64,000 bases of DNA from a virus. Of the stretch, positions 20,701-28,517 are shown piece after piece (within the stretch, counting starts at the first letter, position 1; each line of letters opens with the position of its first letter). Below the pieces are notes generated by a model. That model did no database searches and had not been told where the DNA came from. It worked only from the letters and a program-made list of their open reading frames with translations. The stretch covers positions 42,114 through 106,113 of IMG/VR virus record IMGVR_UViG_3300048592_000244, one strand, 5' to 3'. A program made the position numbers and the translations under genes.

Positions 20701-23131
20701 CGGCGTGATGTCGCAGATCGAACAGACCATCGAGCGCATCAAGATCATCGTGTTCGAGGAACTCGCGCCGGTACTCAACGACGCGCTGGAGACGTTCGGC
20801 AAGGACAGCCGCACGCAGATCGACTTCATTCTGGAGAACGTCCGCACAGCCGTCCGCATCGTCATCAACACGATCATGCTCGTGGCGGATTTCATCAACA
20901 AGCGGTACATCCAAGCAGGCAACGGCGCGGAGCAGTTGTTCGCGGACATTGTGGTGGCCGGACGCATCGCATGGAATGCTATCGGCGATCTGCTCGGCAT
21001 TGCGATGGAGCATGGCGTGCGTCTGGCTGGCGCTGTCCTCGATGCAGCGTGGAATTCACTTGAAGGAAAAAGCAAGAGCAAGCTGTTTGGGGTGTTAGTT
21101 TGGTTTGGTGGTTTGCTAGGAAAAGCAGGCGCGTCCATCATTGCTTTGGTAGGTGCTACTTTTGAAAGTGCTCTTGTCGTAGGCGGAAATTGGGTCGATG
21201 AAGTCAAGATCATTGCCTTGAAATTAGGGGCATGGCTGTTGGAGCAGTCCGAAGGGCTCATCAATAAAATCGGCGGTGGTGTCTTCGACGTCATCAATGC
21301 AGTTCGTGCGTTCTTCGGCGAAGAAGCCCTCGATATACCGGGGCTAGATAAGTTGGTTCAGGGGCGTCTTGCGATAGAGAAGTCCATCGCCTCTATCGCG
21401 GCTGAAAACGCGAAGGAAAATAAAAAGTCCCTATCGTTTGCAGAGCAGTTCTCCAAGATTTTTGGAGACATTAGTAAGAAGGTAGACGAGGGCGGCGCGT
21501 CTTTACAAAAGATGTTCGATACTTCGCTCGCTACAGACGAAGTAAACGCGTTTCTTGAAAGCATCGAAGGAGCAAGCGATGAAGCAGAACGTCTTAGTGG
21601 CGTAATCGACCGCCTGAATAAAGATGGCACGCTAGATTTCGCCCTCTCCGGTGAGGAAAGTGTTGAACGTCTGCGCAGTGTGCTTGTTGATTTTGCTGAA
21701 CGGGGCATCATCCCACCGGGTGCTGTTTCGGAAGGCACAGAACGTCTGCGTAAAGAAGCCATCAAGGCGCTGGGCGACGTCGCCGACGAAACTGGTCAGG
21801 CACTCAAGACGGCGTTCGAGGTTGGCTTTGACAAGCTGGCAGATGAATTTCCCGAAGTCGTCGAACTGCTCAAGCAGATCGGCATTGAAGGACAGCGCGA
21901 GTTGGACGCCACGGCTGTTCGGTTGGCGAACCTGCGGAAAGAGCAGGAGAAAAACACTAAGGAGGTAAAGAAGAACCTCGCGGCGCAGCACGCTGTCACG
22001 TTGGAACTTATCGAACAGCGGCGGGTATTGGATGCGTTGCGAAAGGGTTTCGACCTACGGCGTGAATTGCGAAGTCTGACCGACAGTTTTGTTGGTCCGT
22101 TTGAAGAAGCCGCACGTAAGGTCGAAGAACTAAAACTCCAGATGCAGGAAAAGATTCTGGAGTTGCAGGAGACGTTTGCTGAGTTCTCTAAAAACTTCGA
22201 TCTCGACGACCAGCTTGCGGCCACAATCGCAATGGCAGAGGGCCTTGGCCTAGCTACTACAAAAGCAACGTCTGACTTTGACGCGCTAACTACTGCCACG
22301 TTCAATCTTGTAACGGCGCTACAGGCGCTCTCGTCAGCAGACACGCCGGAAAAACGAGCGAAGGCCGAGCAAGATGTGCTCAATGCTAGGGCTGCGCTCG
22401 CTAATGCCCAAGCAAACGCGAAAAAGTCTCTTGGTGATCTGCAAGGTAAAATCACTAAGGATGTGAAAAAGGGCTTTGAAGACGGAATCCGTGTAGCCGG
22501 TGGAAAGCCCATCGTCGATATTCTGCGGAACAACCTTATTGTGCCAGTGCTCGGTGCCTTCAAGGAAACCATCAAGGGGTTGGTTGATGGCACTCTTGTC
22601 GAAGCCGCACGTGAGGCTGAAAAAGTCGCCGAGATAACAGGCCAGAAATTCAGCCGTGCGCTGTTCATTATCGCGGACTTCGGAAAGAGGATTTTCGAGA
22701 CGGCGTTCGACAGTCTGCTTGAAAGCACTTTCAACAATCTGACCGAAGGGCTGTCTGCTTCGATTCAGGACGCGTTCAAGGACGCAGAGGGCTCGGCCTC
22801 CACGCTGGGTGACGCTGCTGGTGCAGCCATCGCCGCTGCCATCCAAGCGGCCATCGCTCTTGCCGGTCTGATCCTGTCGCGCTTGCAGGGTGAAATTAGC
22901 GCCACGGAAGAAGCAGTCGAGAGCATCGTTGATTCCAGTGAGGCTATCCGGGGCGTGATCTCTGGTTCGACCACAGTGGCTATCAAGGAGGCGGAGGATG
23001 CTTTCCGTGACGCCCAGAGGCCGATTGTAGTGCGTCTGGACACCATCATTGGACTGATGCGCTCGGCCATCGCTGGTGGTAGCATACCGACGATCCCACT
23101 TTCAGGCGCAGGTGGCACAGCCATACCCTAA
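14756..23131 (+). CDS. Tape measure protein
   Basis: 2791 aa, helical and Ala/Leu-rich with hydrophobic segments; N-terminal VGEVAVDFVANLDDL; follows the G/GT chaperones. Confidence 0.9.
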   Translation: MALSVGEVAVDFVANLDDLFKSLEKLGEKLDEALSGKQEIKVSFDERIIAQIDKMADGVEKISNLTERVRTVAEGVFDSLDGRIGNTSEQIEKSFGGAVKNIEGQTDDFITTFINKVTKGVSRLSPLVLGQLFGATLLIERLVAGGFKLTSILPKFLVSGTGAVGIMQGLVQAVKTLNFPFLLGFLVDVSQSLLSVTTVVALLTTGLRGLTGLALRFLGKRPESQVQKFVVLLETLNAGLTDMLAKTRIFIERMFFITSGLTSIAGLLTILGTGVTGLTAVVSPFLAAVFVGISGIRLAAARVSDMLLRFRASAGDGRAQTTLFLRALRSLFPILDAIARNAKPIAKMINEFAKGGFAKRMKQVIGEFQKALSGISRIEDAINRLAATMEKTSKQVMKQMGQFISKADELFKKIGRQGARDALASIERVRSSATSATKEVQQSVAQIAPAADKAEKSATRLGARLVEMGKRTLGLIGRTGVAGTGSLLGLMLFGTSGNIAPFLAPLAQFRDRLLGGFSEVSKGARQVGDTVAESFGSGAAVEAATGFLDAMFSTLGGLLDVGVELSKKFWGVFVDPATLTSAFAFAGQTVAGLAPLLATGAGAVLTPLVLRGVKNLTVASAGVIRDAASGVWPVVRKSLVEPVKDFLLFLPRQTKRFATQTVPDMVNRLTARVFKGTVAVGERVKQFFGLAELTEEQANEKAIAAIQERTAGMREQRSALKEQLNLLQRSKDFGEDEVARRAKLKQVEDQLTTARSKAAELERKLKGDLTVDPEGAKKKLAATREEIKRLAQEASTLDAPFTEVQQRIIEAETQLRSLTDALSKELSQEAIEKLTADIKANSRPIRSAIANVGIDAGKSFASGMKAATSLVRAVLVSPFSSAATKRNIQAAASNLSKSFRSAFSAAFRIGGGILGLIPGLKGIGERLKARAGTTAGLTAGTPEEEAAKRKAAADVKAAKAQDELTQVLRAEKVVAEAAIRQKELEKAASELQINNQMLMSGQLEKTENVMREMTGSFLGLANLAGRLEETTNETATSARLLSKNLRAADFQPAIDLARQIDQSMPSLQDMRSQFERLADAVGMDVKTREAARAQLDAAEDKITSVLGERAEALVKLTGSDSLQIEAAQKELKALEAKAASDLGTVQDQEAVVAQRVKVAKMVQAAETKLIQELKDAEEAVNVNSAAFAKWTKEIDKQQAIIDTSGKSSKAGKEAQEKLTRAMENRQKVAATAENELTKRVDEVQQVMLASRAALNKLPNAVKDFAATFNRITNVEGVQTLASLAAQEAAGEELRIFTDQYANSLKEQAAEIELQQQVLKEEEAAARALLKEKRSSAVIQKELDAALKLSTIREEQLAVAAKGAQLAMEDIKVAEEETADAATKHEKALQQGTSATKEMSTQALRVAGALEKAKLAIDEGGQSMKELAVAADETATGTGTAKPPRSGARIGQGQTGQLADLAAVLLSGATAKDIEKAPLTPIRERMKNAPEVQAIQALVGTEDALERVLAILNQITQQPVQRLKKLSDGFSNLLTLLKRLEASPERLEKFTQQFSGEVIGDMSRMVGLMDKMVANVKKLKVPGGAGARGQLKGFESFALRTQAQLMQKAMEGAIDWSTVIERWMAALRAEFPNVKIDLSAGQQVLATELELAARNALKQVMGRLSARGNQGEKLVAMIFDGARAAKSKAGKAGEEVADEFAANFPQSMPRRGPLREMLTKLPMLGQMIGQRMLAGIGVLKELTSQFMRQGFEGFLPAAFNMGASVAEKFFGGLGSGLNKIGDALRKIPVIGILGEIPLKVAGFIAKGLGVITAGIAKMAAQVSGAVTNLVKETSTKLLKLGLDATRLRLDPNNLQRFNEAMGILGGSASDAEAGLQQLTQSIEQVARGSAPELEAAFADAGLSMQDLSKLGSDEIFLRIAKAANEATGDIRKQSDLLRLIGADFSSLRGVVLSGSEAIADAFTRANKNPPISQKTLELASKFTGVMSQIEQTIERIKIIVFEELAPVLNDALETFGKDSRTQIDFILENVRTAVRIVINTIMLVADFINKRYIQAGNGAEQLFADIVVAGRIAWNAIGDLLGIAMEHGVRLAGAVLDAAWNSLEGKSKSKLFGVLVWFGGLLGKAGASIIALVGATFESALVVGGNWVDEVKIIALKLGAWLLEQSEGLINKIGGGVFDVINAVRAFFGEEALDIPGLDKLVQGRLAIEKSIASIAAENAKENKKSLSFAEQFSKIFGDISKKVDEGGASLQKMFDTSLATDEVNAFLESIEGASDEAERLSGVIDRLNKDGTLDFALSGEESVERLRSVLVDFAERGIIPPGAVSEGTERLRKEAIKALGDVADETGQALKTAFEVGFDKLADEFPEVVELLKQIGIEGQRELDATAVRLANLRKEQEKNTKEVKKNLAAQHAVTLELIEQRRVLDALRKGFDLRRELRSLTDSFVGPFEEAARKVEELKLQMQEKILELQETFAEFSKNFDLDDQLAATIAMAEGLGLATTKATSDFDALTTATFNLVTALQALSSADTPEKRAKAEQDVLNARAALANAQANAKKSLGDLQGKITKDVKKGFEDGIRVAGGKPIVDILRNNLIVPVLGAFKETIKGLVDGTLVEAAREAEKVAEITGQKFSRALFIIADFGKRIFETAFDSLLESTFNNLTEGLSASIQDAFKDAEGSASTLGDAAGAAIAAAIQAAIALAGLILSRLQGEISATEEAVESIVDSSEAIRGVISGSTTVAIKEAEDAFRDAQRPIVVRLDTIIGLMRSAIAGGSIPTIPLSGAGGTAIP

Positions 23132-23136
23132 CGAGG

Positions 23137-23721
23137 TTGAACATGCCGAGGGCAGAGAGCTACAACCAGACGTTCCAACTACACACCTTCACCAAGGTGC
23201 AGTTGAACAAACCCACTCTCATCATCTACCCGGACCCCGCGTTCGGTGCCGGTGGTGGGACAGCATGGTCATGGGAAATTTACGACGTGGCAGCCGCCAC
23301 GATTATTTCCTCCGGTGTCGAGACCTTCGGGCCGGTCACGTTCAACAACTACCGCGAAGTGCTGATCGACGACGTGACCTACGTGCTGGGGAAAATCTAC
23401 CGAGTGCGGATTTTCAACAACGCGCTGGCGCTGGTGGACGAGTGGTACTTCATCACCTACTCCAGCGACTTCGCTGGCACGGCACCGATCAACCTCGCGC
23501 TCATCAACGGCAACATCGCACGTATCGCTGGCCTGCTGGGGCTCAATCAGGTCATCACGCACGACGAACACGACAAGGGCGTGCCGACGAAGACAACCAT
23601 CGACCTGTACGACGGCGACCCGAACGATCCGGGCTCGACCGTGATCTACCAGTACGAACAGAGGAAATTCGTTGACCCGCAGTACCGGGTTGACGGGGAA
23701 ATCAGCAAGAGGGTTCTCTAA
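23137..23721 (+). CDS. Putative tail-tip structural protein
   Basis: 194 aa directly after the tape measure (start could be ATG 23143). Confidence 0.55.
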   Translation: MNMPRAESYNQTFQLHTFTKVQLNKPTLIIYPDPAFGAGGGTAWSWEIYDVAAATIISSGVETFGPVTFNNYREVLIDDVTYVLGKIYRVRIFNNALALVDEWYFITYSSDFAGTAPINLALINGNIARIAGLLGLNQVITHDEHDKGVPTKTTIDLYDGDPNDPGSTVIYQYEQRKFVDPQYRVDGEISKRVL

Positions 23722-24386
23722 TGGCGCTGCTCGACCATCCGAAGCTCGATCCGCAGAACGTCCACTACAATGACGTGATCGCTCTGCCCATCGCTTCCGG
23801 CTACAACTTCGTGAACCCCGGTGCCACGCACGAGGTTCGCATCAAGCGCGTGAACCCGGCGCACGCAATCAACCCCGGTCATCTGGTGATGACCGAAGGC
23901 CCTGCTGGCGAATGGACAGTGCCAGCGTGGGACTTGGCTTTGCAGATCGACGGCAACCCTGATCTCATCAACTTCGATGTGAACAACGATCTGCTTTACA
24001 TCAACCCAACGACGTTTCCTGTCGAAGACGAGTTCTACCTCGTTGGAGTCGTGGAACTTGCCACGGGCAGAGCCGTGGACATCAAGTTTCTGTTTCTTGA
24101 AAAGCAGAACCTCGACATCTTCGACGTCACGGTGGCTACGGTGGACACGGATACTCTGGAGGTGGCATTGGGATTAGCGGGCGACAATGTGAAGCAGCGT
24201 AAGTCCGAATATCTCGCAGGCCAGATTTCCGCGTTCGAGGTAGCGATTTTCAACAGCGGTGCCGTCTTGTCGCTGGACGAAGCAGACATCGACAGCGACG
24301 TAGGACTGGAGAAGGTGATCGAGGCCGCCCACATCGTGGACAACATGGGAGACGTGAAAACGAGCACAACCGTAAGGACACTGTGA
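23721..24386 (+). CDS. Putative tail-tip structural protein
   Basis: 221 aa, acidic and beta-rich; TAATG coupling. Confidence 0.55.
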   Translation: MALLDHPKLDPQNVHYNDVIALPIASGYNFVNPGATHEVRIKRVNPAHAINPGHLVMTEGPAGEWTVPAWDLALQIDGNPDLINFDVNNDLLYINPTTFPVEDEFYLVGVVELATGRAVDIKFLFLEKQNLDIFDVTVATVDTDTLEVALGLAGDNVKQRKSEYLAGQISAFEVAIFNSGAVLSLDEADIDSDVGLEKVIEAAHIVDNMGDVKTSTTVRTL

Positions 24387-24568
24387 TGCCACGAGAGAGG
24401 AAATTCACCGACGAGGAAGTACGCAACATTCGGGAGAATCCAAAGGGCCTGTCGCAGCGAGAATTGGCGAAGGTTCACAAGTGCTCCCAGCAGGCAATCT
24501 ACAGGATTCAGAAAAAGAAGTCGTACAAGGACGTGGAAGATGGAATGGAAAAGCGTTCAAAACTTTGA
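24383..24568 (+). CDS. Small HTH DNA-binding protein resembling the HNH C-terminal domain
   Basis: KFTDEEVRNIR...LSQRELAKVHKCSQQAIYRI HTH pattern. Confidence 0.65.
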   Translation: MMPRERKFTDEEVRNIRENPKGLSQRELAKVHKCSQQAIYRIQKKKSYKDVEDGMEKRSKL

Positions 24569-25028
24569 GGGCCGTTACGAGGTGTCCGATGAGGGCATGG
24601 TTCGTAATTGTTCTGGAAAAGTATTGAGCCCGCGAGTCTGCCGAAAAGGGGGACATCTTCGCGTTGCTTTGTTCAAGGACGGCGTGCGCTCTGATTTCAT
24701 GGTGCATCGTCTTGTTCTTGAAGCCTTTGTAGGGCCATGTCCAGATGGTATGGAAGGCTGCCACAACGACGGCGATCCGGCGAACAACCGAGAAACGAAC
24801 TTGCGTTGGGGTACGCGAAGTGAAAATCAGTTGGACAGGCACCTACACGGCACGATGCTAACTGGCGAAAATCATCCGAACTCAAAACTTACAGACGATC
24901 AGGTGCGTGAAATTCGCCGTCGTGTTGCTAACGGCGAACAGAAGCAGACCCTTGCGGAAGAATTTCACTTGAGTGATGTAGCCGTGGGTAAATTGGTACG
25001 CCGCCAGACATACAGGAGCGTAGCATGA
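24540..25028 (+). CDS. NUMOD4-HNH homing endonuclease
   Basis: EWKSVQNFEGRYEVSDEGMVR (NUMOD4); VHRLVLEAFVGP...CHNDGDPANNRETNLRWGTRSEN (HNH); more AT-rich than its flanks. Confidence 0.9.
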   Translation: MEWKSVQNFEGRYEVSDEGMVRNCSGKVLSPRVCRKGGHLRVALFKDGVRSDFMVHRLVLEAFVGPCPDGMEGCHNDGDPANNRETNLRWGTRSENQLDRHLHGTMLTGENHPNSKLTDDQVREIRRRVANGEQKQTLAEEFHLSDVAVGKLVRRQTYRSVA

Positions 25029-25669
25029 GCGGGCGCACTTTTGGACGGATCGGCCACGGATACGGTGGCGCAAAGTTCGGGGCGCACCTCGGCTCCTACT
25101 GGTCTGTTTACTCACCGTCGAACATCTGGACGCGTCTGCTGTTTCATTCCGGGCTGGACCCGCAGCATCAGGAATGTCTGTACCCGTACACACCGGAGGA
25201 GACGGAATTTTTCACCTTCGACGTGCTCGGCCATCGTGACGTAGCGTTTGCAAAGACGCTGACCGGAAACGTCACCAGCAAGTGGCCACGGGTTCTGGAA
25301 GACACGATCATCAAGGAGATTTTCCGGCCTATCGGCGGACTCGCTGTATCGTGGGCGTTTTTCCACTGCGTTGAGCGCATGTACCTAAAAGACCCGGATT
25401 GGGATGAAGGTGAATTTCTGATCTGGCGTCCGTTCGACAGGACATGGAAGGTCTACTCGGTGGAAATTGTGAACCTGCTGCTCAACGGTGAGGAGTGGGG
25501 GCCGGAGCACGCAGGTTGGACCGGCAATCAAGACCATCAGGCCATCAATGAGATGCAGATATGGCTGAAAATCCGCCCAGAGGAAGCGCCACAGGCCGCC
25601 CTCTTTATGACTGGTGGTAGCGAGACGCCTGAGTTCTCGTTGTTCTCGAATAACGGAGAGCCTGCTTGA
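25025..25669 (+). CDS. Putative tail protein (distal-tail-like position)
   Basis: 214 aa in the tail module; ATGA coupling. Confidence 0.5.
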   Translation: MSGRTFGRIGHGYGGAKFGAHLGSYWSVYSPSNIWTRLLFHSGLDPQHQECLYPYTPEETEFFTFDVLGHRDVAFAKTLTGNVTSKWPRVLEDTIIKEIFRPIGGLAVSWAFFHCVERMYLKDPDWDEGEFLIWRPFDRTWKVYSVEIVNLLLNGEEWGPEHAGWTGNQDHQAINEMQIWLKIRPEEAPQAALFMTGGSETPEFSLFSNNGEPA

Positions 25670-26499
25670 CCCTCGTCTACGGCTACAACACGCAGACGGT
25701 CGGAAATCCGTTTTGGGCAGACCGCCCTCCTCGCAACCAGTCACGCACGGACGTCGCAGAACTCAACCTCTACGACGGAGGACACGGAAATCAGGCCATC
25801 ACCAAGAACCCGATCTTCGCGGGTCTTGGTCTCACGCTGCGTATGGCGCTCAACCAGTTCGCCCAGAGCTTCGTGGTGGAAATTACCGACGTCGAGGCCG
25901 ACGTCACCGTGGACATCAGCAATCAGTTTGAGCGCATCGGCACTACCCGCGTCTACGAGCTTCGCGGGCGTGCTGGCTTCGGTGCGCTGAACCCGGCTGC
26001 TCGTCCTCCCGGCGACTACACCACGACCCGGACATTCAAGGTGGTGGTCACGACGACTAACGTGACAATTTCCAACAGGATTGAGTACCTGCTCTACATC
26101 GGCTATGAAGCCGACGTGCGTTCGTGCTCGGAGCCGCGCCTTGACGACCTGACGATGCTCCAGTGTCTGCGAGAGAATTTCATCCACATCTGGAAGGATC
26201 ACATCGTTCCGCTCAGGCAGCCCGGCGATTCACCGAACCAGCCGCTGTACTTGTTCTTCGATCAGGCCGACCAGTTGGCCAAGATGGTTCCCTGCATGTG
26301 CGAGTGCTTCAACTGGTATCAAGTCGTCACCACGGCCTTCAAGTTCTTCGTGGTGGGCGACGGCGCTGCTGCGGACGCTGCGGCATTCCCGAATGCTGCT
26401 GGCTGCAACCCGTGGGATGAAATTACCCAGATTCCTGATGACGGCGCTGGCGGGCAATGCACGTTGCCGCCCGGCTACCAGACGACGGGGTGCCCCTAA
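25666..26499 (+). CDS. Cys-rich tail protein, paralogous to the N-terminus of the next gene
   Basis: 277 aa, 8 Cys; NPIFAGLGLTLR motif shared with the next ORF. Confidence 0.6.
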   Translation: MTLVYGYNTQTVGNPFWADRPPRNQSRTDVAELNLYDGGHGNQAITKNPIFAGLGLTLRMALNQFAQSFVVEITDVEADVTVDISNQFERIGTTRVYELRGRAGFGALNPAARPPGDYTTTRTFKVVVTTTNVTISNRIEYLLYIGYEADVRSCSEPRLDDLTMLQCLRENFIHIWKDHIVPLRQPGDSPNQPLYLFFDQADQLAKMVPCMCECFNWYQVVTTAFKFFVVGDGAAADAAAFPNAAGCNPWDEITQIPDDGAGGQCTLPPGYQTTGCP

Positions 26500-28508
26500 T
26501 GGCCAGCCCCACCACAATGCGAGGAGAACTGCTGCGTGAACGGAAGACGTTCAACGACAAGTTTTTCCTCACCCTTGGAGACAGCACAGCAGGCATGTCT
26601 CCGTACAACCCGATCCAGCTTGGATTGGGCGTGACTTTACGCGTCAACACCAACAACCACGTCAACTCGGTTAGGATGACGCTCAGGCGTGTCACCGATG
26701 GCCCCTCTGAAACACCCGGAACCATTACGGTCACGAAAGTGTCCGATACTGAATGGAAAGCAGAAGGGGCCATCGGTGGTGCAAAGTTAGGATTTCCGCA
26801 GCCGCCACCGGACTACCACGTTCCGCAGTGCTTCGAGTTGACCATGCTGGTCAGGAATCGTGGCCGCACGATCACGCGCACTTTCAACTTCTGGGTAGCC
26901 GAGGGTCCGGTCGGCACCATCGTGGATTGCATCGACAGGGAAATGATCGGCGCGAAACCGCTGGTGTGCTGCTTTGACGGTCTCAGCTTCCGTGACCCGC
27001 TGTTCGCATGGCCTGATGAGTTCGCTGCGTTCTTTGCGAATAATTTCAGCCCGGCGATGGCGTGCCTTGAGGATGAGGGCGAAGCACTGCCACCAGACCC
27101 CGCGCTGGGTGTGTACGTCGTTGGTCTACCCGAGCCTCTGTTCGGGGCTCCTGCGCCGGAAAATCCGTGGGCGCGTGGGGCGGAGCCGTCGCCGACAGGA
27201 CTGGACTACCCGTTCGAGCCGGGCTCGCCGGAGTACACGGTCAACGCCATCGACAACACTGGCACGCCGGTGGTTGGATCAATCTGGGGATTCGATTTTC
27301 CGACTGTAAGCTCGCTCTTGACGCGTCCAGTGTCGCTGTTCAACGACAAAGCATGGGTGCTTACGCCACGCGAGCCGTACACGGCCACGACGTTCACATG
27401 GGTCGTGAGCCCCCTGTTGGATTTCAGCAACTACCAGAATGCCAAAGTCGAGTTTTACCTCTGGGATGATGTCGAGTTCGATGGTGGCGTGAAGCTCCAG
27501 TACAGCCAAGATGAAGGAAATACGTGGACAGACTTTGCCCCCGGTGACTACTCGTCACCGCTGATATTCGGCGGCCCCCCGATGGGCGTGTTTGGCGGGC
27601 TTCCTGACAAGATCGACATTCCGCAGCAGACGCTCACGCGAGTTGAAGTAGACCTGAGCCAGTTCGACGGCCAGCGCGTGCGTGTACGCTGGTGCCACGG
27701 TCTTGACGGCGGCGTTCCTGTTGACGGAGTAGGCTCCGTAGTTTCCGGCATCAAGTATTTCGCTCAGGCTGGTCCGATCATTCAGATGGAACAGGACATG
27801 GACCGGCTGCGTGCTGGTCATGGCGACCAGTGGAAATACCCGCGCCCGAGTGCAGTAGAACTCTGGCAGCACGGCACCATCCAGAAGGCACGCCGTGGTG
27901 CCCCTGCGGGCGTTCACCCGACACTCGGCACCGGCGTACCGAATACGTTGCTCGCTAACCCGCAGGTAGGAAATGACATCGGCGGTGGACCCGGTGGACC
28001 GAACATCGGATTTCCTCGCGGCGTGGACGGCGTGCGAATTGAATATGTGAGCGGCGAAAGCTGGGGTCCGAGCGGCAGTGACGACTTCGTGTTCGATCTC
28101 GTGCTCGACTCGTGGGCTGGCGCTGGCTACCACATCCTGTTTGGTGCCGCCGCTGATTGGGTTGGCGTGCAGGGCGGCTTTGTTCATCTGGCTGGCGCAC
28201 AGCCTGCCCACCTGATGTGTTCGATTGACCAAGCGGCTGCTTACTACGACGCGCTCACAGGAGCCGTGGCATGGCCTGCGGCAAACACGTTGGGCGCGAC
28301 CATCGGTGTAGCGGTGCCGGGCACCACGAGGATCACGTTGCGCCGGTCTACGAGCGGTATCGGCTTCCTGAACGGAGTGACGTTCGCTGTGCAGGTCATC
28401 GTCCATACACCGGGCATCTTGCCAGCCGGTGGTGCGGGATATTTCACAACGCTGTTCCCTGCTGATACACTGCGCTCGAATGTGCTGCGGCTAGTGACGG
28501 TGCCATAG
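26499..28508 (+). CDS. Tail protein / receptor-binding candidate with MAM- or cleaved-adhesin-like jelly-roll domain (start ATG 26499)
   Basis: WVVSPLLDFSNYQNAKVEFYLW...VKLQYSQDEGNTWT...VEVDLSQFDGQRVRVRW pattern; TAATG coupling. Confidence 0.6.
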   Translation: MASPTTMRGELLRERKTFNDKFFLTLGDSTAGMSPYNPIQLGLGVTLRVNTNNHVNSVRMTLRRVTDGPSETPGTITVTKVSDTEWKAEGAIGGAKLGFPQPPPDYHVPQCFELTMLVRNRGRTITRTFNFWVAEGPVGTIVDCIDREMIGAKPLVCCFDGLSFRDPLFAWPDEFAAFFANNFSPAMACLEDEGEALPPDPALGVYVVGLPEPLFGAPAPENPWARGAEPSPTGLDYPFEPGSPEYTVNAIDNTGTPVVGSIWGFDFPTVSSLLTRPVSLFNDKAWVLTPREPYTATTFTWVVSPLLDFSNYQNAKVEFYLWDDVEFDGGVKLQYSQDEGNTWTDFAPGDYSSPLIFGGPPMGVFGGLPDKIDIPQQTLTRVEVDLSQFDGQRVRVRWCHGLDGGVPVDGVGSVVSGIKYFAQAGPIIQMEQDMDRLRAGHGDQWKYPRPSAVELWQHGTIQKARRGAPAGVHPTLGTGVPNTLLANPQVGNDIGGGPGGPNIGFPRGVDGVRIEYVSGESWGPSGSDDFVFDLVLDSWAGAGYHILFGAAADWVGVQGGFVHLAGAQPAHLMCSIDQAAAYYDALTGAVAWPAANTLGATIGVAVPGTTRITLRRSTSGIGFLNGVTFAVQVIVHTPGILPAGGAGYFTTLFPADTLRSNVLRLVTVP

Positions 28509-28517
28509 GAGAGGAAA

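Noticed and set aside
24383-25028. Group I intron around the HNH gene
   Set aside because: The flanking ORFs are translationally coupled to it with no non-coding room for an intron core, and neither looks split.
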